Origin: Candidatus Endobugula sp. | Lineage (GTDB): Bacteria; Pseudomonadota; Gammaproteobacteria; Pseudomonadales; Cellvibrionaceae | Direction: 5' to 3' | Length of the DNA stretch: 64,000 bases | Assembly (NCBI GenBank): GCA_047619205.1 | Contig: JBLHJR010000006.1 | Span: 77 to 64,076 of the forward strand | Shown here: piece after piece, positions 56,417-64,000 of the stretch | How the letters are laid out: each line of letters opens with the position of its first letter | Position numbering within the stretch: the first letter of the stretch is position 1 | Translations under genes and position numbers: made by a program | Notes under the pieces: generated by a model | What the model saw: only the letters and a program-made list of their open reading frames with translations | What the model was told of the DNA's origin: nothing | Databases searched by the model: none

Positions 56417-59140
56417 CTACTCCTCCGACCCGTCAATTCTCGATTGCAAACGTATTATCCGCTCTTCAACATTCCTGTCGGTACCTAATTTTCGAGCCAT
56501 ATAAAAACTCTGCATGGCATCCTGATTTTGCTTAAGCCAAGATTGCGCTTTTCCTAGCACATACCATGCATCTGCAGACTGAGGCTCAAGTTTAATCGCT
56601 TTACGTAATAAGAAAATGGCACTTTCGAACAAGTCGCGGTTATACAATTGTTCACCATGCTCATAAAATGCCGACGCGGTACCTAACTCAGCGGCCACAT
56701 TTATCGCTGCCTGAGCATAATCTTGATCGGTGACGCCCAATTGCTGGCGACTATTTTTTGACAGTAATTGATACATATTACTGCCTGAACTTAGTCGCAT
56801 ATCAGAGTAATAGAGAAACTCTCCAGCGTTCCATGGTACGGTTGCAGATACTCGCTGCTGAACAGCTTGCAGATCTTGGTGGTTACGCAACCGCTGTTTG
56901 AAGTCTCCGAGACTGGTGTATTCTTGTAACCTGGCCATTTCAAATTCTAGTATTGGATGATCTAAAGTATTAATGGGAATATCAGCATCTCCTTTGAATT
57001 TTGCAAGATCAGTCACAATCACGCTATAAGGCAATAGCCGTAACGGCAAGTCGAACTCCTCTGCAAAATGCTTTTTTAATACCTCTTGCTGAGCAACATG
57101 TTCATGCTGCCTCACGCTAATGGGGCTTTGCGAACAGGCTAATAAAAAATAGTTTTTCGTCATATAACTGAGCCAGCATTGCTCGAACGATTGGTCAAGC
57201 GTCTGTAAAATAATATCCAGCCCACGATCACCCACATGCCAATCAACCCAGGTCACATAAACACCATCGGGTGTCAGCTTACTTTTGGCTAATTCAAAAA
57301 AATCTTGGGTGTAAAGTTTCGACGAACTAAAATAAAGCGGTGAGGTGACGGTATTGAGTATCAGTGAGTATTTCTTTTCCGTGGTTTTAAGAAAATGTAT
57401 CCCGTCGTCGTGAATGATATTCACCTGTTTATTTTTTTCAATATCCAAGTTGTATTCTGCCATACGGTGAAGGTTGTCCAATACGACTTTATTAATCTCT
57501 ACCACATCGGTGGATTCAAATGCGAGCCCCACAACGCTAGCAGATGCACCCGTTCCCATACCCAGCACCAACGCCTGATCTACCCGTGGTGCTAACATTG
57601 AAGAGATCGCGCCTACATGTTTCTCCGATGGTGACGATAGCGCGACACTAATGTATCCGTTGATAAAAAAATAAGGCTCGCCACCACGCCAAGTAATAGC
57701 GAATACATCCTGCGGCCCCTTGAAACGATCAGCATAAAAACGCTGATCAAGCTCTTCCTGTAAATCGCTGAGAGAATGCAAGTTTTTGTGACCCACATAA
57801 AGCAACAACTCATTCCATGAAAAGGCATAACTTGTCAGCGCAAAACCCATCAGGCTACTGGCGACCCACATGACCTTATGACGAAAGCCCTTTTGGATAC
57901 CTATAGCAAGTAATACTAAGCCAGTAATTGTCATTAGTATTACCCCGTAATCTAACCATTGGTGCAATATAAACGCCATCAAACAGAACCCTAGCGCATT
58001 AGCGGTAGCCGACCAAAACAGCAACTGGCCAGATTCCCGAGCAATATCATTATAGCTGCGCAGCAGAGCGGGAATAGTAGCGCCAAAGCCGATAGCGGGT
58101 AACCCCATCAGTACAGCGACCAGGCCAAATTTTAATAGCACATGCAGCACATAATACTCGGCAGCCATTTCATACAAACTTGCATACCAGCTGATGGCAA
58201 TGGGATGAATAAACAGCAACCAAGCAAGTCCTGTCATAGCAATCAGTAGCGCGGTTGTGAAGCTAATAGATAATCGGTTGCACAGCGTCGAACCAATAGC
58301 CAACCCAATCAGCACCATCGCTAGCACCAGGGAAAACGTTTCATTGAATGGACCGAAGACAAACTCGGTAATTTTCATCATCAATAATTGGAAGATAGCC
58401 GATGCCACACTGGCAACGGCCAAGCCTAATAAAATCCGGCGGGGGAAACTAGTAAGTGACCTTAGCGATTCTATTTTTAAGTCTATTTTTTGCACATACC
58501 CCAGAAGCGCGGCGGCAACGAAAAAATTCAAACCCGCGAGTAGCAAAGTCGTTGCCTTTAGGCCAAAATTCCGTATCAGATAAAACTCCATCGCAATCGC
58601 GGTAGCGGCAGCGCCGAGGTTATAAATTGCGTAGGTGAATGAAAATACCGAGCGTGTGCCAGCCGCCTGCAAAAGGCTGGCAAACAGTGGTAGGCTACAA
58701 CCAACCAAAAACGCAGGTATGATTAACAATACAAAGCAAACTACCACACCCGCCAGAATACTGACCCCAAGAAAAGGCAGGTTGGTATAGATAAATTCGT
58801 CGATCATGCTATAGCCAAACGCCATGAAAAGTGCGTAAAGCCCAATGCAAACCTCCACTAGCCAGAGCCATCTTCGAAAGCGGTGTGCATACAGAGTACC
58901 AAAACCAATGCCGAGTAAAAAAGTTAATAACACCGTGGCATTGATGAGAAATTGATTCCCCAATATATTGCCCAGTAAACGGGTATAAAGAATTTCATAT
59001 GAAATCCCACAAAATCCTGAAAGCAACACGAGTAATGGCATTACCCAGTAACTGGATCGTGGAGTATTGGAGACAAGCAATGTTTGCATTTTTTCAGAAC
59101 CTTGAGAAGTATTCGTGCTAAGTAACGAAGCTCCGTGCAA
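56417..59140 (-). CDS. Multi-pass membrane domain fused to a spermidine-synthase-like SAM-binding domain and C-terminal TPR
   Basis: SGFCGISYE, YAIYNLGAA TM repeats; LVLGMGTG, VVEIN, DDGIHFL; TPR-like AIKLEPQSADAWYVLG; true start probably downstream of 59140. Confidence 0.78.
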   Translation of the reverse strand: MHGASLLSTNTSQGSEKMQTLLVSNTPRSSYWVMPLLVLLSGFCGISYEILYTRLLGNILGNQFLINATVLLTFLLGIGFGTLYAHRFRRWLWLVEVCIGLYALFMAFGYSMIDEFIYTNLPFLGVSILAGVVVCFVLLIIPAFLVGCSLPLFASLLQAAGTRSVFSFTYAIYNLGAAATAIAMEFYLIRNFGLKATTLLLAGLNFFVAAALLGYVQKIDLKIESLRSLTSFPRRILLGLAVASVASAIFQLLMMKITEFVFGPFNETFSLVLAMVLIGLAIGSTLCNRLSISFTTALLIAMTGLAWLLFIHPIAISWYASLYEMAAEYYVLHVLLKFGLVAVLMGLPAIGFGATIPALLRSYNDIARESGQLLFWSATANALGFCLMAFILHQWLDYGVILMTITGLVLLAIGIQKGFRHKVMWVASSLMGFALTSYAFSWNELLLYVGHKNLHSLSDLQEELDQRFYADRFKGPQDVFAITWRGGEPYFFINGYISVALSSPSEKHVGAISSMLAPRVDQALVLGMGTGASASVVGLAFESTDVVEINKVVLDNLHRMAEYNLDIEKNKQVNIIHDDGIHFLKTTEKKYSLILNTVTSPLYFSSSKLYTQDFFELAKSKLTPDGVYVTWVDWHVGDRGLDIILQTLDQSFEQCWLSYMTKNYFLLACSQSPISVRQHEHVAQQEVLKKHFAEEFDLPLRLLPYSVIVTDLAKFKGDADIPINTLDHPILEFEMARLQEYTSLGDFKQRLRNHQDLQAVQQRVSATVPWNAGEFLYYSDMRLSSGSNMYQLLSKNSRQQLGVTDQDYAQAAINVAAELGTASAFYEHGEQLYNRDLFESAIFLLRKAIKLEPQSADAWYVLGKAQSWLKQNQDAMQSFYMARKLGTDRNVEERIIRLQSRIDGSEE

Positions 59141-59395
59141 TATAAATTTGCACAGCTAACCTCTTACCCTTACATTCATAATATTAGCGTAAACTATAAC
59201 ATGGGACAATTTTCAGAATCGCTTTCACGGTGACCGGTTATAACGAAAAAGCCACTACATCACTAGCGCCATAGACTCGGACTACGTTCGGTACTAAATT
59301 TTTTTTTGGAAAGGGAGGAGACAGAGCTATTGGATGAAAAAACCAAGGAGATCGACTTAACTACATTTCATAATGAGTAAGCCCGTTAATTCATC

Positions 59396-60508
59396 TCACA
59401 AAATATCGTACTTATCCCCATAAAGACCGACTAAAGCTGCGTTCAGCTTATTTGTCACTGCCGCATAATCGTCGGCCACCACCGCAATATGGCCTAACTT
59501 ACGCCGCGGTCGCTCGACTTTTCCATACGCGTGATAAAACATACCCGCCTGCGAAAAATCTTCAGGCTTGCCATGCAAGCCCAACATATTCACAATACCA
59601 CCAATCGACTTAGCCTTAGTAGACCCTAAATCACTATTCGCAATGGCACGGCAATGGTTTTCAAACTGGCTCGTCTCACACCCTTCGATAGACCAATGTC
59701 CTGAGTTATGCACACGCGGCGCCAACTCATTTACCACTAGCCCTTGATCCGTATCAAAGCACTCCATGGTAAGCACACCCACATAATCTAACGAAGACAA
59801 CACTGTTTCCATATAGGCTACGGCACCCTCTTCTAAAATCGCATCGGTATTCGGTGCTGGTGCAATCGTTGAAATCAGCACGCCTTCTTCATGACGATTT
59901 TCCATCAAGGGATAATAAACAATATCGCCCCGCGAATTTCGCGCAGCGATCACAGAAATTTCACGCGAATAGTCCACATGCTTTTCAGCAATCAGTTGTA
60001 CGTCATCCTGCAAGGTAACCTGCGCCAAATCCTCTGCACTTTGAATACGCCATTGATGATAGCCATCATAACCGGCCTCGGCAGCTTTAATATAAATGGG
60101 ATACGCTAAACGCTCAGGCAAACTATCCAACTGCGCTTGAGACACAATAATTTCAAAGTCAGCGGTAGGAATACCGTGATGACGTAAAAAGTTTTTTTCG
60201 CGGATACGATTTTGAGAAAGGTAAATAGCATTATCGTTAGGGCAAACAGACGTCAGCTTTTGCAATGCCGCTAACAGCTGAGCATCGACCATTTCTTTTT
60301 CAACAGTCATAATGTCGGGATGATCCAAGGCAATAAATAATTGTTCTGGCGACCAATCCGCCTGCCGGAAAATAACTTTACCTAGGGCATCAACACAGCG
60401 AGCATCCTCACCAAGCTCGGCAATAAAAGAAAAACTAAAACCCAATTCAATACCGGCTTGCGCCGTCATTTGAGCTAGTTGGCCGCAGCCGAAAATTGCA
60501 ATATGCAT
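59396..60508 (-). CDS. purK: N5-CAIR synthetase
   Basis: IAIFGCGQL, YDGYHQW, NELAPRVHNSGHW, RRKLGH; start moved to ATG 60508. Confidence 0.95.
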   Translation of the reverse strand: MHIAIFGCGQLAQMTAQAGIELGFSFSFIAELGEDARCVDALGKVIFRQADWSPEQLFIALDHPDIMTVEKEMVDAQLLAALQKLTSVCPNDNAIYLSQNRIREKNFLRHHGIPTADFEIIVSQAQLDSLPERLAYPIYIKAAEAGYDGYHQWRIQSAEDLAQVTLQDDVQLIAEKHVDYSREISVIAARNSRGDIVYYPLMENRHEEGVLISTIAPAPNTDAILEEGAVAYMETVLSSLDYVGVLTMECFDTDQGLVVNELAPRVHNSGHWSIEGCETSQFENHCRAIANSDLGSTKAKSIGGIVNMLGLHGKPEDFSQAGMFYHAYGKVERPRRKLGHIAVVADDYAAVTNKLNAALVGLYGDKYDIL

Positions 60509-60527
60509 CGCGTTACGATCGCCAGTA

Positions 60528-61064
60528 TTATTCAGAATTAGAACCAAAATCAGAACTAAAATCAGAACTAAAATCAGAACTAAAATCAGAGACAGACCAA
60601 GGCACACTATCGGTCTGCGCTTTGCGCCAGGTTTGAATGCGTTCAGACAACGCCTCGTCCGCCAAGGCTAACATTTGTGCAGCCATAAGACCGGCATTAT
60701 AAGCACCCGCCTCACCAATCGCCTGAGTCGCTACCGCAACACCGCGAGGCATTTGCACAATCGACATCAAGCTATCCATGCCTTTAAGCTGCTTGCTACT
60801 CACAGGCACACCTACCACTGGTAAATGCGTTAATGCCGCCGCCATACCGGGCAAATGTGCAGCACCACCAGCGCCAGCAATAATCACTCGAATGCCACGT
60901 GTATGAGCTGCTTGCGTAAACTCCACCAAACGCTCAGGCGTCCGGTGTGCCGACACCACATTAGTTTCATAGGCCACAGCCAACTGATCCAATACCCCCG
61001 CCGCTTCCGACATCGTTGGCCAATCCGAACGTGAACCCATAATAATGCTAACAATTGCACTCAT
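60528..61064 (-). CDS. purE: N5-CAIR mutase with repeat-expanded C-terminus
   Basis: [33 protein letters not shown]; start moved to ATG 61064. Confidence 0.96.
   Translation of the reverse strand: MSAIVSIIMGSRSDWPTMSEAAGVLDQLAVAYETNVVSAHRTPERLVEFTQAAHTRGIRVIIAGAGGAAHLPGMAAALTHLPVVGVPVSSKQLKGMDSLMSIVQMPRGVAVATQAIGEAGAYNAGLMAAQMLALADEALSERIQTWRKAQTDSVPWSVSDFSSDFSSDFSSDFGSNSE
60540..60590. repeat. 12-bp tandem repeat, about 4.25 copies
   Basis: agaaccaaaatc + 3x agaactaaaatc + aga; encodes (DFSS)3-DFGS. Confidence 0.95.
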
Positions 61065-61335
61065 AACCGCATCTCTACTTATATACACAGGGTCGCTAAA
61101 CTCATTTCAGCAAAAAATACCACGACACCCTATTCGATAAACCAGGATGAAAAAGGCATAACATAACTGAAAACAGCCAAAAAAAGGCAAGAACAAAACG
61201 ACTTGATTACAAAAAAGGCCGAAATTGTAACAGTAGAACTGGCTAGAGGCTACTATTTCGTAGGCTTTGCTCAATAAACAAACAGACACATTTGCTTCTC
61301 GAGTAAAGCTAACTTAGCTTAACCACTGAGCGGAG

Positions 61336-62211
61336 TTAGCTATGTTGTTGGCGAGCAACATAATATTGCCCAAATACAACGATTAAAATACCTCCAAGCA
61401 CCATAGCGGCTGAGATTATTAGACGCGATGTAATATTTTCAGACATAAATATAACCCCTCCCACAGAGGCAATAATAGGCACCGACAACTGAAAAACAGC
61501 GGCTTGCGTAGACGACAACCCAGCTAGTGCGACATACCATATTGCATAACCGATGGCCGATGTTATCCCGCCAGATAACAGCGCTAAAACTATGCCCTCA
61601 GGTGAATAACGCAAATCATTCATGGTCACAATCGCCAACAACGCAACAAACGGAATCGTACGTAAAAAATTATAAGCCGTATCCATCAGCGGGCTCTTCG
61701 AGCCGCGCCCTTTCAGCGTATAAATTCCCCACGCAACCCCAGCTACCGCCATCAGCAAAAATCCGATAACAGATGGCGTGGTAACACTAGGCAAAACCAA
61801 ATAAATAAAACCGGTAAAAGTAACGAACACACCCAGCCATTCAGACGGGTGTAATCGTGTGCCAGACAACAGCGATAGCAATATCATTGTGATCTGAACC
61901 GAACCAAATAAAATAAGCGCTCCCGTGCCGGTATCTAAAGAAATATAAGCATAGGAAAATGTGATCACATAAAAAAACAACATAAAGCTGGCAGACCAAC
62001 TACCTTTAGCCGATGGCTCTGTAGTGCCGCGAGAGAAGCCGATAAGTATTAGAAGAACCATGGTGCCCGACAACAAGCGTACAATCGAAAAACTTGACGC
62101 GTCAATAGCCCCACTAGCCAATGCCAAGCGACATAAAACAGAATTAGCGGCAAATGCAATTAGCGCCAACAGCGTAAAAACAATGGTTTTCAATAAATAG
62201 CGATTAATCAA
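61336..62211 (-). CDS. DMT/EamA family transporter
   Basis: AFAANSVLCRLAL, two EamA repeats, AVFQLSVP. Confidence 0.88.
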   Translation of the reverse strand: MINRYLLKTIVFTLLALIAFAANSVLCRLALASGAIDASSFSIVRLLSGTMVLLILIGFSRGTTEPSAKGSWSASFMLFFYVITFSYAYISLDTGTGALILFGSVQITMILLSLLSGTRLHPSEWLGVFVTFTGFIYLVLPSVTTPSVIGFLLMAVAGVAWGIYTLKGRGSKSPLMDTAYNFLRTIPFVALLAIVTMNDLRYSPEGIVLALLSGGITSAIGYAIWYVALAGLSSTQAAVFQLSVPIIASVGGVIFMSENITSRLIISAAMVLGGILIVVFGQYYVARQQHS

Positions 62212-62416
62212 TGATTACTCTTAGAGAGCATAATATTTTTCATTTTTTGTGCACACATAAGAGGAAATTCAACGGTTCAATCAACATACGCAGAGCCGCA
62301 AAGCATACGTCTATACTCTCATCTTAACCGTAGAAGTAAAACCCTCTGATTCGAGATGTGACCAACCATCAATTAAAAAGTGTAAACATGATTGCTAATG
62401 ACCGGCTATCGTTCAA

Positions 62417-62588
62417 CTAAATACTGCAGTTGAATTGTTGCGAGAGTGACTAAGGTGCTGAATATAAAGTAATTTTTTGCTTTTTTCGGCAAACTCGTAG
62501 CCACCCTACGGGTGCAGCCTAAAAAAGTGAAAAACGCTTTAGATTCAGTGTCTTAGACAGCCGCAGTAAATTCAACTGCGGTATTTAG
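62417..62588. mobile_element. MITE-like 172-bp palindromic element (element C)
   Basis: Terminal IR ctaaatactgcagttgaatt/aattcaactgcggtatttag (19/20), second IR 16/20, central cgtag-ccacc-ctacg hairpin. Confidence 0.85.
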
Positions 62589-62741
62589 GTACAAGGATAG
62601 CAAAACTAAAAAGCAGCCTTCCCTTCCGTAAATACACTTCCCGCTACGCTGCAGATTATATTAAACTAAACCCTATATTTTATGTCTGAACGCTATATTT
62701 ATATTAATCCAACATACTATTATTTAGCAAGAGTTCGCACT

Positions 62742-64000
62742 ATGAACACAAGCACAATACAAACGAGTCCTTGGGCGCCCTTCAAATCAAAGATTTTTAG
62801 TGCACTTTGGGTCTCTGGCATGATATCCACTATCGGTGTCAGAATGCATGAAGTGGGCGCTGCCTGGCTAATGACCTCGTTATCTTCAGACCCTTTAATG
62901 GTCGCATTGGTACAAACTGCCACCACCCTGCCTATTTTTCTATTTGCCCTTCCCGCTGGTGCAGTGGCCGATGTTGTCAGCAAGCGCAAGCTGCTTATTA
63001 TTGTACAAATAATGATGGCCATCGTAGCGGGCTTGCTCACCTACATTGTATTTAAAGGCACTATCACGCCTTTATTATTATTATCCTTTGTTTTTGCCCT
63101 CGGCACTGGCGCGGCCTTTGTTGCACCCGCTAAACAAGCGATAGTACCTCAACTAATACCCAAAGAAGAACTGCAATCAGCTATTGCCTTAAACAGTGTT
63201 GGCTTCAATTTAAGCCGCACTATCGGCCCTGCAATAGCCGGCATAGCAATTACCACCATTGGCATTGCTGCACCCTTTGCCTTCAATGCCATTAGCTTTC
63301 TACTCATTATTGGCGCGCTATTACAGTGGTGTCCCTTTAGAGTAATAGGCGACCTACCTAAGGAACAGATCCCCGGTGCCATAATGACCGGCTTGCGTTA
63401 TGTCCGTTATAGCCAGCCACTAAAAGCAACACTCTGGAAAGCATTCTCCTTTTTTATTTCTGCCAGTGCATTTTGGGCAATGCTGCCATTACTCGTCAAG
63501 ACAGAACTTAATGGTGATGCCAAATTATTTGGATTATTAATTGGCATGATCGGTTTGGGGGCAGTTATAGGAGCCATTTCTCTGCCTAAAGTGAAACAAG
63601 CACTGACACCCAAACAATTAGTCACTGTTGCATCGTTATTATTAATGGTGGTTTTTATCGTATCGGCATCAGTACAAATAGAAGCGCTAATCATGTTAGT
63701 TTGTGTCGTTTTTGGCGCTTGCTGGATTTGGATATTATCCACCTTCAATGTGTCTGCGCAATTATGTCTCCCTGATTGGGTCAGAGCCCGCGGCCTTTCC
63801 ATTTATTTGATGGTATTCTTTGGCTCCATGAGCTTTGGCAGCCTTATATGGGGGCTGATAGCCAGTCAAATAGGCATATGCAATGCATTGTTTATCGCTG
63901 CCATCACGCTTGGCTTGGGTACATTTTTCAGCCGAAAATTAGACTTAAATCAAGGTAAGGCTCTAGACCTTTCACCATCAACACACTGGCCAGAACCTAT
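62742..64000 (+). CDS. MFS transporter (MFS_3/DUF894-like), 5' part, runs off the window
   Basis: Not in the ORF track; MNTSTIQTSPWAPFK...GAAWLMTSLSSDPLMVALVQTATTLP...AGAVAD...NLSRTIGPAIAG...HWPEP. Confidence 0.85.
   Translation, partial: MNTSTIQTSPWAPFKSKIFSALWVSGMISTIGVRMHEVGAAWLMTSLSSDPLMVALVQTATTLPIFLFALPAGAVADVVSKRKLLIIVQIMMAIVAGLLTYIVFKGTITPLLLLSFVFALGTGAAFVAPAKQAIVPQLIPKEELQSAIALNSVGFNLSRTIGPAIAGIAITTIGIAAPFAFNAISFLLIIGALLQWCPFRVIGDLPKEQIPGAIMTGLRYVRYSQPLKATLWKAFSFFISASAFWAMLPLLVKTELNGDAKLFGLLIGMIGLGAVIGAISLPKVKQALTPKQLVTVASLLLMVVFIVSASVQIEALIMLVCVVFGACWIWILSTFNVSAQLCLPDWVRARGLSIYLMVFFGSMSFGSLIWGLIASQIGICNALFIAAITLGLGTFFSRKLDLNQGKALDLSPSTHWPEP

Noticed and set aside
56236-56535. 99-aa ORF after asmA
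   Set aside because: No recognisable motif, overlaps the convergent gene by about 120 nt; not mutY-like
60509-60607. Hydrophobic N-terminus (LILVLILV...) of PurK in the ORF track
   Set aside because: Alternate-frame reading of the purE 12-bp repeat; PurK starts at 60508
770-63958. Many short ORF-track entries antisense to or overlapping real genes (e.g. 7490-7840, 11861-12187, 33842-34258, 54027-54464)
   Set aside because: Shadow ORFs of well-supported CDSs with no motifs of their own
1-64000. CRISPR array, tRNA/rRNA, riboswitch, transposase or prophage genes
   Set aside because: None recognised by eye; the repeats found are not regularly spaced with unique spacers. A covariance-model scan was not possible

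Overview
Gene-dense, visibly AT-rich chromosomal segment of a gammaproteobacterium. Gene order resembles Pseudomonas/Cellvibrionales; the taxonomy is an inference from synteny only. Left to right: an SOS gene (yebG, LexA box inside a 56-bp palindrome); a SigK-like ECF sigma/anti-sigma cluster with pqiA; the Pil-Chp system (pilGHIJK, chpABC); gshB-tonB3-yqgE-yqgF; pilT/pilU; yggS-proC-yggT-(yggU pseudogene)-metX-metW-DUF4426-rdgB-hemW; yihA flanked by two inverted MITE copies; cytochrome c4-dsbA-GGDEF; a co-oriented minus-strand run LysR > DUF1445 > TRAP (dctPQM) > pxpABC > N-terminally shortened NAD-GDH > oadG > oadA > oadB; hemH, a MITE-split CPXCG gene and cbiX; hisB-hisH-hisA without an adjacent hisF; asmA; a membrane/spermidine-synthase-like/TPR fusion; purE-purK; a DMT transporter and a partial MFS transporter. 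No rRNA, tRNA, CRISPR array or transposase was recognised. The best candidate for an undescribed system is the 33.7-47.5 kb locus. It looks like a 5-oxoproline/glutamate uptake and catabolism operon ending in a Na+-pump decarboxylase whose alpha subunit has lost essentially all carboxyltransferase catalytic residues but kept its biotin-carrier domain and an intact beta subunit. A second theme is a set of small hairpin/MITE repeats, one of which demonstrably splits a gene. All family calls come from recognising motifs by eye; no database searches were run.
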